DNA from: Phycisphaerales bacterium
Lineage (GTDB): Bacteria > Planctomycetota > Phycisphaerae > Phycisphaerales > UBA1924
Length of the DNA stretch: 64,000 nucleotides
Reading direction: 5' to 3'
Assembly: GCA_965227775.1 (NCBI GenBank)
Contig: OZ245777.1
Location: forward strand, 576,001 to 640,000
This document shows positions 18,294 to 27,883 of this stretch, piece by piece (positions within the stretch are counted from its first letter, which is position 1; every line of letters starts with the position of its first letter). The position numbers and the translations under genes were made by a program. Below the pieces are notes generated by a model. That model saw nothing but the letters and a program-made list of their open reading frames with translations. It had not been told where the DNA came from and did not search any database.

Positions 18294-19274
18294 ATGACAA
18301 CCATTCCTTCTCCGACTCCCGCGGTCGTCCGAAGAGACGCCGCGGCGAGGGCTACAGCCCAAGCCGCGGTCCGCGAAACCGAAGACTTCGGCCCGCTGCC
18401 GCTCGGTCAGCGCATCGCAAACCTGATCTTCATACTCGTGCCGCTGTGCATGCTCGTCTGGGCGATCGTGTACGCCTGGGGGCGCGGGGTGGGATGGACC
18501 GAGCTCGGCCTGATGGTCGGGCTTTACTTGTTGACGGGCTTCGGTGTCACCATCGGGTATCACCGCTTGTTCACACACAAGTCGTTCCGCACCGGGCCCA
18601 TCATGACGACCATCTTGGGCGTGCTGGGCTCGATGGCCAGCGAGGGGCCGATCATCACCTGGGTGGCCCACCACCGCTGCCACCACCAGCACAGCGACGC
18701 CGAGCACGACCCACACTCCCCCCACGGCCATGGCTCTGGGTTCAAGGGGCTCGTGAAGGGCTTCTTCATGAGCCACGTGGGCTGGATGATCGTGGGCGGA
18801 CGGCGTGATCTACGTAAATACGTGCCCGATCTCGAGGCCGACCCGCTCATCAGCCGGCTGAGCAAGATGTTCCTGGTGTGGATGGCGATCAGCCTTCTGC
18901 TGCCGGCGGTGCTGGGCGGGCTCATCACGATGAGCTGGTGGGGCGCATTCCTGGGCTTCGTGTGGGGTGGGCTCATCCGGATTGCGGTTGTGCACCACAT
19001 CACCTGGAGCGTCAACAGCGTGTGCCACATCTGGGGCAGCCGCCCCTTCGAGAGCCACGACGAGAGCCGGAACAACCCCATCGTGGGTGTGCTGGCGCTC
19101 GGCGAGGGCTGGCACAACAACCACCACGCGTTCCCCACGAGCGCACGGCATGGTCTGAAGTGGTGGCAGTTTGACAGCAGCTACCTCATCATCAAGGCGA
19201 TGGAAAAGGTGGGCCTCGCCTGGGACGTCAAGGTGCCCAGCGCCGAGCGATTGGCCAAGAAGGCCGTCGCGTAG
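18294..19274 (+). CDS. Delta-9 acyl-lipid/acyl-CoA fatty acid desaturase
   Basis: His boxes HRLFTH, HRCHH and GEGWHNNHH. Confidence 0.95.
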   Translation: MTTIPSPTPAVVRRDAAARATAQAAVRETEDFGPLPLGQRIANLIFILVPLCMLVWAIVYAWGRGVGWTELGLMVGLYLLTGFGVTIGYHRLFTHKSFRTGPIMTTILGVLGSMASEGPIITWVAHHRCHHQHSDAEHDPHSPHGHGSGFKGLVKGFFMSHVGWMIVGGRRDLRKYVPDLEADPLISRLSKMFLVWMAISLLLPAVLGGLITMSWWGAFLGFVWGGLIRIAVVHHITWSVNSVCHIWGSRPFESHDESRNNPIVGVLALGEGWHNNHHAFPTSARHGLKWWQFDSSYLIIKAMEKVGLAWDVKVPSAERLAKKAVA

Positions 19275-19301
19275 GCACGGTCCTCGATCCGTTGATTGCA
19301 T

Positions 19302-19327
19302 GCCGCCGGAAGTTCCGGCGGTTTTTC
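19302..19327 (+). terminator. Intrinsic terminator
   Basis: CCGCCGG-AAGTT-CCGGCGG followed by TTTTT, between convergent genes. Confidence 0.8.
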
Positions 19328-19328
19328 A

Positions 19329-20393
19329 TTAACGCGACTGGAGCTCGCGGCCGAACTCGGCGAGCTCGCGTTCGAAGGTATGGTCGAGGTTACGACGTAA
19401 TTCGCGGCTCTTGTAGATGGTCTCGCGTGCATCGTTGGCTTTGACCCAGTCCTCGTTAGCGTTTGCTGTGAGCTTGGCGTCGAGCGCGGCGGCCCAGTCT
19501 CGATTGATGGGCCCGGCTCGCTCCGCGTACCTGGCGGCGATCTCTTTGAGCCGCTCGCGATCGGCGTCGGTGAGCGTTCGATTGAGCCGCAGGGCACCGA
19601 TGACCTTCTGCGGGCCGCTCCGCCGGTAGGGCTCGGGCCAGAACGCCTCGCGCACGGCTTGATCCCATCGATCGTGATCATCGGCGGGCAATGCTTCCTT
19701 GATCCGCCGGGCGAACTCGATGTTGAGCCTCTTGGCGCGGAGCCCAAGCAACTGCAGATCTTCGGCGGACGCTGCTTCTCGCTGGGCGGCGGGATCGATG
19801 GAAAAGTCAACGATCTGCGCCGTGCGGATCGGGTCGATCGCAATCTCGTACTCGAGGAGGACATCGGCGATCGGCTCGAGCTCGTGGTGGCCCAGGCGGC
19901 GGGCCATCTCGATTACGTCGGCCGTGTCGCCCATGGGGTTCTCGATCGCCGAAGCTCGATCCCGGCGCCAGGCGCGCTCGACGCGTTCGACACCCGCGCG
20001 CTGCTCGGGCGTGACCGCGAACGCAACGAGGTCCTCGATGAGTTCGTGCTCGATGCGTTGCGGCTTCGTGTACACATCGAGTGATCCATCTACATCCGCC
20101 GTCGCGCGCAGGAACGATCGGAAATAGGCCCCGGCGATGCCGTTCTCACGCAGGTCCTTGGCACTATCGATCGCCTGGTCCATGGCCATGTCGCGCAGCG
20201 CATTGGTCGCCTCACGCATCTCCGCGCGATACACCCGGTAGCGCTCGATCGCGGCGGCTTGCTGCTCCTCGTCCAGCGAGAGCAACTCGGCGTAGTGGCG
20301 CACGTCGCTGGCGTCGATCGCGGCTACGTCCTGAGCCGCGACCGTCGCGACGCACGAGAGAACCGCAACGGTCGCGCGAAGCGGTGCCCTCAT
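19329..20393 (-). CDS. Secreted all-helical hypothetical protein (Spy/CpxP-like motifs)
   Basis: Signal peptide; LSLDEEQQ, TPEQR and LTDADR motifs; paralog of the upstream gene. Confidence 0.7.
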   Translation of the reverse strand: MRAPLRATVAVLSCVATVAAQDVAAIDASDVRHYAELLSLDEEQQAAAIERYRVYRAEMREATNALRDMAMDQAIDSAKDLRENGIAGAYFRSFLRATADVDGSLDVYTKPQRIEHELIEDLVAFAVTPEQRAGVERVERAWRRDRASAIENPMGDTADVIEMARRLGHHELEPIADVLLEYEIAIDPIRTAQIVDFSIDPAAQREAASAEDLQLLGLRAKRLNIEFARRIKEALPADDHDRWDQAVREAFWPEPYRRSGPQKVIGALRLNRTLTDADRERLKEIAARYAERAGPINRDWAAALDAKLTANANEDWVKANDARETIYKSRELRRNLDHTFERELAEFGRELQSR

Positions 20394-20396
20394 GGC

Positions 20397-21686
20397 TTAC
20401 CCCCCGCCCATCTGGCGGATGACCTCGTCGGCGTCGACACCGCTGCCCGCGTTCGTTGGCAACGCCTCGCGCTGCTCGGGCGTCAGGACGGCGAGCACGC
20501 GCTCAACGAATCGGTCATCGAGCTCCGAGCGGTCGGTCCGGGCCTGCTGGACGGCCTCGCGCGTGGCCTCATAGGCCTCCCACTTCTCCTGGGTCCACTC
20601 GCCGCCGATCTCGCGGTTGGCCTCCTCGCGCTCTGCGATGGCGTCGATCCACTTCTTGTTGGCCGGCTCGGCCTCGCGCACGTACTGGCTCATCGCGGCC
20701 TCGATGGCGCCGCGTTGGTCGTCGGTCAGGCCCTGGAGCCCGAGCGCTGCGTCGTGCGTGCGGTGAAACTCGCCCGGGGCGTAGACCTGCGGCCAGCGGG
20801 CCTTCTTGTAGGCAAGGTCCCAGTCGTCGCGCATCGAGGTCGGCATCGCGTTGTGCACGCGACGGGCGTATCGCTCGTTGACGGCGGAGATCTGCTCGAC
20901 CATCGCCTCCATCTCATCTTCGAGGCGGCTCTCAAGCATGTCGTCTTCGTTGCCCGCGCTGAACGCCTCGGCCATCTCACGGAAGGCACCCAGGGCGCGA
21001 TCGACGAACGCCGCGCACTGGTCGCCGAGCTCGCGCTCGTATTCGTACAGGGCCTGCTGGGCAGCGCCGGTATCGCCGAGCGCACCATCCTCGGGGAGCA
21101 CAGGTGACTCCATAGTTCGCGCGATGGCAACCAGGTCGATAAGGCCGCCATTGAGCCCGCCGTTCATACTGCTCATGGCAACGGCCATCTCGCGAGCACG
21201 CGTGCGCACGACGCGCTCGTGGCCGGCCTGCTGCTGGTCGCTGGTGGCAAGGGCGCCCAGGTCTTCGACGTACTGCTCACCCAAGGTGACGGCCCGCTCG
21301 AAGAAGCCCAACGCAACCCGCATGGTGTCTCGCATGATGTCTTCCATCTGCTCCCAGTCGAAATCTTCTTCTTCCATCCGCTCTTCGGTCTTGCGCATGA
21401 CGTCGCGCATGGTGGTGGCCGCGTCCCGGTACTTGCCGAGGTATTCGCGGTGCATCTCCAGGGCGATCTCACGCTGGAGCTCGTCCATGTCCATCAGGTC
21501 GGCATAGAACGTCGCCGACTCGCGCGGGATGCTCAGGACCATCATCTCCTGCATCATCTCGTCTTCTTCGTCGGCCTGCGCTTCGGCTTCCTGGGCCCAC
21601 GCCAGCGAACCACCCGGCAGCACGCATGGCGCCGCCAGCGTCATCCCCAGACCAACGGCCAACGCCATCATCCACTTCGATTCCAT
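20397..21686 (-). CDS. Secreted acidic, Met-rich helical hypothetical protein (Spy/CpxP-like motifs)
   Basis: Start at MESKWMM; signal peptide ending AWA; LTDDQR and LTPEQR motifs. Confidence 0.72.
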   Translation of the reverse strand: MESKWMMALAVGLGMTLAAPCVLPGGSLAWAQEAEAQADEEDEMMQEMMVLSIPRESATFYADLMDMDELQREIALEMHREYLGKYRDAATTMRDVMRKTEERMEEEDFDWEQMEDIMRDTMRVALGFFERAVTLGEQYVEDLGALATSDQQQAGHERVVRTRAREMAVAMSSMNGGLNGGLIDLVAIARTMESPVLPEDGALGDTGAAQQALYEYERELGDQCAAFVDRALGAFREMAEAFSAGNEDDMLESRLEDEMEAMVEQISAVNERYARRVHNAMPTSMRDDWDLAYKKARWPQVYAPGEFHRTHDAALGLQGLTDDQRGAIEAAMSQYVREAEPANKKWIDAIAEREEANREIGGEWTQEKWEAYEATREAVQQARTDRSELDDRFVERVLAVLTPEQREALPTNAGSGVDADEVIRQMGGG

Positions 21687-21720
21687 CTCGAGACCCCTTC
21701 CCGCCGGAGAACCCGGCTTC

Positions 21721-22482
21721 TTAGTTATAGGGGTTCGTACATGTTTGGTTGCGGGCTCGGCGATCCGGCTTTGTTTCGCTCCCGCGCTCCGGGCACGCTC
21801 CGTCGGCGGCCAGCCCGCGGCGGTCATAGCCGCAGGCAGTGCACCGCCCGCGACGGCGACGCAGCGCGCGACGGATGACGCCCGGCGAGCGCCACGCGAT
21901 GAGCAGCAGCGGGGCGTAGTAGCCCGTGTTGATGGCGAAGCCGGGCCAGAGGGGGAGCAGCGGGAGGGCGAAGCGTGTCTGCCAGACAGCGGGACGAGTG
22001 GCGTCTGGCCACGCCTGGATGCCGCCGTGCAGCGACAGACCCGGCGTCTGCGCCACCGCCACGATCGGATGCGGCCAGTCTTGGTCGCGCTGGTAGTACC
22101 ACTGCCGCAGGCTCATGGCTGGCCATCCGCAGTCCGTCAGCGTGAATTCTTCGGGATGGAAGCATCGTTCACCGCCCTAGTCCCAGGAGATGAAGGTAAA
22201 CTCCCGGGTCCGCTTCCACCCAAAGCGTTCATTCAGCCCGGTGCTGTACTCATGCAACTTGCGTGCTTCATCCGCTTCGGTCGGAGTGATTGCGATCGCG
22301 TCCCACTGCGCTTCGCTGAAACCCCGGTACAACCCGACTCCCCCAGGATCGCGAGACACGACGCGGCTGTCAAACCGCCAGAAGTACGCCGCATGGATCG
22401 CCCACGACGTGAGCACCGTCGCGACCGCCCCCAGCAGGACGAACACGAGCAGCGTGCGGATGGCGCGGCAGCGTTACATCAT
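21721..22482 (-). pseudogene. Disrupted paralog of the 23190-23963 zinc-ribbon membrane protein
   Basis: One continuous frame with in-frame TAA (22474-22476) and TAG (22177-22179); retains SWAIH, GWPA, LPLLPLWPGFAINT and CTACGYD...CPERG. Confidence 0.75.
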
Positions 22483-22561
22483 CTGAGGATACGAACCAGA
22501 TGGACGCGCCGATCATCTTGGCATGGGCGGCTTCCATTGCGGGGCCTGCGAACGATGCAGC

Positions 22562-23173
22562 ATGGAAGGCGGCAGGGCAGAGTGGCCGGCAGCGTTGCAG
22601 GCGTTGATCGATCCTCGAACGCCGCGGGACGGGCCGCCATTCGCGATTGGCCGGCTTGGAAACACCATCGCGCGCATAGGGCTTCGCGGGGGCGGCTTGG
22701 CGATCCTCAAGCGGGGCGGGCCTGGCGAAGCGGCCGACGACGTGCACGCCGAGGCGGCACGGCTGGGCTGGCTGGCTGGCCGTGGCGGGGCGCCGCGGCT
22801 CGTGTGGTCCGGTCGAATCGGGAGCGATGCGGCCTCGCTCGTTCGAGCGCTCCCCGGTCGGCCTGCACACGAGATGACTGATCACCCCCGGCACGCTATC
22901 ACGTCGGCGGCGGTTGCGCTGCGAGCGGTGCACGCCGTCCCGATCGATGATTGTCCATTCGGCATGGCTTCGAACGCATCGTGTGTACTCATCCATGGAG
23001 ACTTTGCGCTGCCCAACGTGGTTGTCGATGACGCGAGCACCGGTGTGGTTGACTGGTCGCTCGCAACGATCGGTGATCGCGAGTCGGACATCTGCGATGC
23101 CGAGCGGAGCATCCGTCGGAACTTTGGAGCGGAGTTTGTTCCGCACTTCAGAGAGGCTTACGCGCAGCGGTAG
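22562..23173 (+). CDS. Aminoglycoside phosphotransferase APH(3')-like kinase, internally shortened
   Basis: EAARLGWL, VHAVPIDDCPF, HGDFALPNV and VVDW...GDRESD motifs. Start uncertain (22523 or 22562). Confidence 0.72.
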   Translation: MEGGRAEWPAALQALIDPRTPRDGPPFAIGRLGNTIARIGLRGGGLAILKRGGPGEAADDVHAEAARLGWLAGRGGAPRLVWSGRIGSDAASLVRALPGRPAHEMTDHPRHAITSAAVALRAVHAVPIDDCPFGMASNASCVLIHGDFALPNVVVDDASTGVVDWSLATIGDRESDICDAERSIRRNFGAEFVPHFREAYAQR

Positions 23174-23189
23174 ACCCGTCGCATCGAAG

Positions 23190-23963
23190 CTAGCCAGACA
23201 CGTCTTTCCCGCACTCCGGGCACGCCGCGTCGGCGCTGAGCCCGCTCAGGTAGTACCCGCACGCGAGGCAATCGCCACGCCTCCTTCGAAGCGTGCGACG
23301 CAAGGCGCCGGGTGTGCGCAACGCCAGCAAGATCAGCATGCCGTAGAGAGCGGTATTGATGGCAAAGCCGGGCCAGAGGGGGAGCAGGGGGAGGGCGAAG
23401 CGCGTGGGCCACATGGAGAACGTGGTCACGTCGGGCCACGCCTGGATGCCTCCACGCCATGAGAGCCCGGGCGTGCGTTCGACCACCACGACCTGGACCG
23501 GTAGTCCCTGGCTTCTGTGGTAGTACAACTGCGTGAGGCTCCTCGCGGGCCATCCAGACTCTGTTACGACAAGCCTCTCGGGCTGGACGGCGAGATCGCT
23601 GCCCTCCCACCACCAGACGGCGGCGACCTCGTGGACTCGCCGCCAACCCAAACTCTCGCGTCGGCCCGCGATGATGAACTGCCGCCACCGAGATGGCGAT
23701 GGCAGTGTCGCGAGCGGGTGTACTGCCTCCCAATCTGCGGCGCTGAAAGGCGAGACGATTGCGGGCCCAGGAGGTACGTAGGACGCGACGCGGTCGTCGA
23801 AGCACCAGAACTGCACCGTGTGGATCGCCCACGACGAGAGCACCGCCGAGACCATTCCCAGCAGGATGAACGCGAGCAGCGTGCAAATGGCTCGGCGCGG
23901 ATGGATGCGTCGGCGGTGTTGGTTACCTGGTGATCGGGCCCGCTTTGTTCGCGCCTTGCCCAC
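23190..23963 (-). CDS. Membrane protein with LPLLPLWPGFAINT motif and C-terminal zinc ribbon
   Basis: TM, extracytoplasmic region, TM, then RRRRGDCLACGYYLSGL...CPECG. Confidence 0.75.
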   Translation of the reverse strand: MGKARTKRARSPGNQHRRRIHPRRAICTLLAFILLGMVSAVLSSWAIHTVQFWCFDDRVASYVPPGPAIVSPFSAADWEAVHPLATLPSPSRWRQFIIAGRRESLGWRRVHEVAAVWWWEGSDLAVQPERLVVTESGWPARSLTQLYYHRSQGLPVQVVVVERTPGLSWRGGIQAWPDVTTFSMWPTRFALPLLPLWPGFAINTALYGMLILLALRTPGALRRTLRRRRGDCLACGYYLSGLSADAACPECGKDVSG

Positions 23964-23966
23964 CGA

Positions 23967-25130
23967 TCACTCGGGCAGCGGTGCTCGCCAGAGGCCGTAG
24001 GGCTCGCCGGGCATCAGGCCGTTGAAGCTGAAGCCCTTGGTCTGGTGGATGCGGCTGGTCGTGACGAAGACGCCATCGGGCGTGATGGCCAGGCTGTCGG
24101 GCCAGGCGAGGTCTTCGTCTTGCATGAGCGTGCGGAACGCGCCTTCGGGCGTGCGATAGACGATCGCGTCTTGCTCCAAGGCCGTGAAGTAGACGTTGCC
24201 TTTGGCGTCGGCGTCCATGCCGTCGGTCATGACACTGGGTCCGAGGTCCTCGATGGCGCTGGCGATCTCGGAGTCACGCGCGTCGAAGTTTGCGAGCACG
24301 GCGGCAGGAATGCGGTACAGCGTGCGCGCCGTCAGGGCCTGGTAGTAGACGTAATCGTCCGCCGGGTTGTACGCGATGCCGTCGGCATGGATCTGGGGGA
24401 CGGGGCCCCCTGGCGTCTGGCCGACGCGCAGCTCGCGTCCGCCGATCTTGGGAACGACGCCCCACTCGGCCTTGGTGCTCGCATGGTTGGCGAGCACGCG
24501 GCGGGCGGAGTTGGTGTTGAGGTCGACGACCACGAGAGCGCCAAGGCCGGAGTCTGTAATGAATGCGACGTTGCGCTCGGTGTCGACGCGGATGTCGTTC
24601 AGGTAGCTCTGGTCTGGCGCGATCGATGGATCGAATCGGATGACACGGACGACGCGGTCGGTCTCGAGGTCGACCTCGACCAGCTTGGCGGCGCCCGGAA
24701 CGACGCCCTCGAAGCCCGGGCTGGCCGGGTCGAGGATCCACATGCGGCCCTTCGCGTCGACGTGCACGCTCTGCACGCACACGAACCGGTAGGCGGGGTC
24801 GGGATCGAGATCGGTCGAAGCGGGCGGCCAGCGGTTCCACTGCCCGTCGGGGTAGGGCCGCTGCACGCCGTCGACGAGCTCGACCACGGCGTATCGATAC
24901 GGGCCGTCCCAGTTTGGGAAGCTCACGAACACGCGGCCATCGTCGGTCGCGGCCACGCCCGTCCACTGGAATCCGACGATCTGGTGGATGGGCTCAAGGC
25001 GGTCGGCGGGATAGTCAGGCGCGGGGGCCGCCCCGCGGATCGGACCGATACGGGCATCGACCAGCGACGAGGTGGGCGTGCAAGCGACGAGAATGGCGGC
25101 GAACGAACCAAGGAGGACGGTGCGCAGCAT
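23967..25130 (-). CDS. Major royal jelly/yellow-family beta-propeller lipoprotein
   Basis: Lipobox ILVAC; RVFVSFP, VQSVHVD, YLNDIRVD, FITDSG, HADGIA, WPDS. Confidence 0.88.
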   Translation of the reverse strand: MLRTVLLGSFAAILVACTPTSSLVDARIGPIRGAAPAPDYPADRLEPIHQIVGFQWTGVAATDDGRVFVSFPNWDGPYRYAVVELVDGVQRPYPDGQWNRWPPASTDLDPDPAYRFVCVQSVHVDAKGRMWILDPASPGFEGVVPGAAKLVEVDLETDRVVRVIRFDPSIAPDQSYLNDIRVDTERNVAFITDSGLGALVVVDLNTNSARRVLANHASTKAEWGVVPKIGGRELRVGQTPGGPVPQIHADGIAYNPADDYVYYQALTARTLYRIPAAVLANFDARDSEIASAIEDLGPSVMTDGMDADAKGNVYFTALEQDAIVYRTPEGAFRTLMQDEDLAWPDSLAITPDGVFVTTSRIHQTKGFSFNGLMPGEPYGLWRAPLPE

Positions 25131-25159
25131 GACGGGCTCCTGTTGCGGGCAGCTGGACG

Positions 25160-26641
25160 CTAGCGCTCCAGCACCGGAAGCGAGACCGATGTCGCTCGCG
25201 GGGACGGTTCGATCTTCTTCTGGCGGCCGAGCACGCCAAGGCCCGCCTCGATCACGGGCCGCGTGACGTTCAGGCGCTTCGCACGGATGGCCAGGTCCCA
25301 CGCGGGCCCCAGTTTCCGCCAGGCTGCGCTGTAGCCAAAGTGCTTGCAGCGCGAGAGAACGCGCTCGTGGTTGGTCGCCGCTCGCGCGATGTTGGCCCAG
25401 CTATAGAACCGTTCGTACGCCCGCCAGTATCCGGCCTCGAGCTGCGCGGGTGACATGTGCATCGGCTCGAACACCGCGTGCCGCGTGTCGTACAGCCGCC
25501 AGTCTCTGTGGATGATGCGGCCCTGGCCGTTGATCTCGTCCCAGTAGGCGGTGCCGGGGTACGGCGTGGCGACGTGGAACGTCGCGGTGGTGATGCCGCG
25601 ATCGACCGCCCAGGCCACGGTGCGATCGAAGACGTCCGGGCCGTCGCCGTCAAGGCCGAAGACGAACGAACCGTTGACCATGACGCCGAGCGAATCGAGC
25701 CGCTTGATCGCAGCGTCGGCGTCGCTCTTCAGGTTCTGGGTCTTGCGGCTCTGCACCAGGCTTGCCTCATTCACGCTCTCGAAGCCGATGAAGATGCTGC
25801 GGAGGCCCGCGTCGACGGCGCGCTCGACGAGATCACCCCGCAGGATCGAGTCGATGGTGGCGGCTCCCTGGAACACGCGGCCCATGCCCTTCATGCCGTC
25901 GAACAAGGCTCGTGCAAAGTGTGGATCGCCCAACAGGTGATCATCGAGGAAGTACAAGTGCTTTCCGGGCAAGCGTTCGATCTCGGCCAGGGCGTCATCG
26001 ACCGCCTGCGTGTAGAACCTCCGTCCGCCCTTGTAGAAGCCGCTGTTGTAGCAGAAGGTGCAGCGGTGTGGGCAGCCGCGGCTGACGACGATGGAGTTGG
26101 GGACCAGGTACAACTGACGACTGATGAGGTCGCGCCTGGTCGGTGGCAGTCGCTTGAGAGTGCGCAGGAAGTCCTTCGAGTCGTACAGCGGCTTTGCGCC
26201 ACCGTTTCGCAGATCGTCGAGGAATGCCGGCCACGACGCATCACCCACCCCAATGAAGAGGTGGTCGCAGAGTCCGCTGGCCTCTTCGGGCAGGCTCGTA
26301 ACGTGCAGCCCACCCAGGCACACACGTACACCGAGTGCCTTGTAGTATCGCGCAATGGCGTACGCCCGGTGCGCGTTGGTGATGTACGCCTGGATGACCA
26401 CCATGTCCGGGCGCTCGGCGAGCGTGCCCCGCCATCGCTTGCTGAGGATGCCGAGTCCGTCTTCGTAGTTGGTCAGCACGCCGGGCATCACGTGCTCGTC
26501 GATGATCATCGCCTCGTCGTCGGCACCGAGAAACGCCGCAAGCTGTGCCATGCCCAGCGGTGGGAACAGGGCGTACTTGATGGGACGGAAGAACGGCCCC
26601 GTGGCCTCGGTCAACGCCGGCAGCACGAACAGCACGCGCAC
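25160..26641 (-). CDS. B12-binding radical SAM protein
   Basis: PPLG, GGLHVT, SRGCPHRCTFC, IGFES, TPYPGT. The likely start is GTG 26641; the track's upstream extension is antisense to sucD. Confidence 0.92.
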   Translation of the reverse strand: MRVLFVLPALTEATGPFFRPIKYALFPPLGMAQLAAFLGADDEAMIIDEHVMPGVLTNYEDGLGILSKRWRGTLAERPDMVVIQAYITNAHRAYAIARYYKALGVRVCLGGLHVTSLPEEASGLCDHLFIGVGDASWPAFLDDLRNGGAKPLYDSKDFLRTLKRLPPTRRDLISRQLYLVPNSIVVSRGCPHRCTFCYNSGFYKGGRRFYTQAVDDALAEIERLPGKHLYFLDDHLLGDPHFARALFDGMKGMGRVFQGAATIDSILRGDLVERAVDAGLRSIFIGFESVNEASLVQSRKTQNLKSDADAAIKRLDSLGVMVNGSFVFGLDGDGPDVFDRTVAWAVDRGITTATFHVATPYPGTAYWDEINGQGRIIHRDWRLYDTRHAVFEPMHMSPAQLEAGYWRAYERFYSWANIARAATNHERVLSRCKHFGYSAAWRKLGPAWDLAIRAKRLNVTRPVIEAGLGVLGRQKKIEPSPRATSVSLPVLER

Positions 26642-26836
26642 GGATACCCCCCTGCCGGCTCCAAGGCCGGCGCCACAACCCTCGTCGAGCGAGGCACGAC
26701 TCGTGTGGGATCGCCCCTTCGTTGGGGGCAGAACGCCCCGTACTACGCGCGTCAACGGCCGGGGTTCGGCGGCCGCGCCCACCGCCCGAGGCCTACGCTG
26801 GCCTGAATCCGCGAAACCTACCTTCGGAGGCGCCCC

Positions 26837-27844
26837 ATGGCCGTTCTCGTCGACGCTGAAACCAAGGTCATCTGCCAGGGCATTACCGGCAGCTTCGGGG
26901 CCGTTCACACCAAGGGGTGCCTTCAGTACGGCACCAAGCTTGTGGGCGGCGTGACCCCTGGCAAGGGCGGCACCAAGGACGACAACGGCCTGCCCATCTT
27001 CGATACTGTCAAGCAGGCGACCGACGCGACGGGTGCGACGGCGACGATGATCTTCGTGCCTCCACCGTTCGCGGGCGACGCGATTATGGAGGCCGCCGAC
27101 GCGGGGCTCCGGCTGATCTGCTGCATCACCGAGGGTGTGCCCGTGCACGACATGGTCCGCGTGCGGGCCGCGCTTGATTCGATGAACCTGGCGGCGCGCG
27201 GCGCCGACGTCCAGCCCTGCCAGGACCTGTTCACGCTCATCGGCCCCAATTGCCCCGGCGTCATCACGCCCGGCCCCAAGACCGGTAGCGGCGACAGCGC
27301 GAGCGATCCCTACACCAACGCCGGCTGCAAGATCGGCATCATGCCCGGCTACATCAACACGCATATCAGCGAAGAGAAGTGCACGACGGGCAAGGCCGTG
27401 GGCATCGTCAGCCGATCGGGCACGCTCACGTACGAAGCCGTCTGGCAGTGCTCGCAGCTGGGCATCGCGCAGAGCACCTGCATCGGCATCGGCGGTGATC
27501 CGGTGCGCGGGCTGAGCCACGTCGATTGCCTACGGCTCTTCCAGAACGACCCCGATACGCACGGCATCCTGATGATCGGCGAGATCGGCGGCAGCGACGA
27601 GGAAGACGCCGCCCGCTACGTGCGCGAGCACGTGACCAAGCCCGTCGCCGGCTTCATCGCCGGCCAGACCGCCCCCCCCGGCAAGCGCATGGGCCACGCC
27701 GGCGCGATCATCAGCGGAGGAGAGGGCACGGCGGCAGCCAAGATTGCCGCGATGGAAGACGCTGGCATCACCGTGGCGCGCAGCCCGGCGGAGATGGGTC
27801 AGGCGATGGCCACGGCGATGGGCCTGGAGCTGGCGGTGGTGTGA
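26837..27844 (+). CDS. sucD: Succinyl-CoA synthetase alpha subunit
   Basis: [41 protein letters not shown] (phospho-His). Confidence 0.97.
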   Translation: MAVLVDAETKVICQGITGSFGAVHTKGCLQYGTKLVGGVTPGKGGTKDDNGLPIFDTVKQATDATGATATMIFVPPPFAGDAIMEAADAGLRLICCITEGVPVHDMVRVRAALDSMNLAARGADVQPCQDLFTLIGPNCPGVITPGPKTGSGDSASDPYTNAGCKIGIMPGYINTHISEEKCTTGKAVGIVSRSGTLTYEAVWQCSQLGIAQSTCIGIGGDPVRGLSHVDCLRLFQNDPDTHGILMIGEIGGSDEEDAARYVREHVTKPVAGFIAGQTAPPGKRMGHAGAIISGGEGTAAAKIAAMEDAGITVARSPAEMGQAMATAMGLELAVV

Positions 27845-27883
27845 TGTTTCGCCGCCGCGTGGCGGCCTCCCGGGGGAGTTGTT

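Noticed and set aside
22177..22179. In-frame TAG as pyrrolysine or stop-codon reassignment
   Set aside because: The same gene has a TAA and a lost Cys; TAG terminates many intact genes here (rny, thiC, gabD).
26642..27520. N-terminal extension making the radical SAM ORF 786 aa
   Set aside because: It is mostly antisense to sucD; homology starts at VRVLFVLP (GTG 26641).
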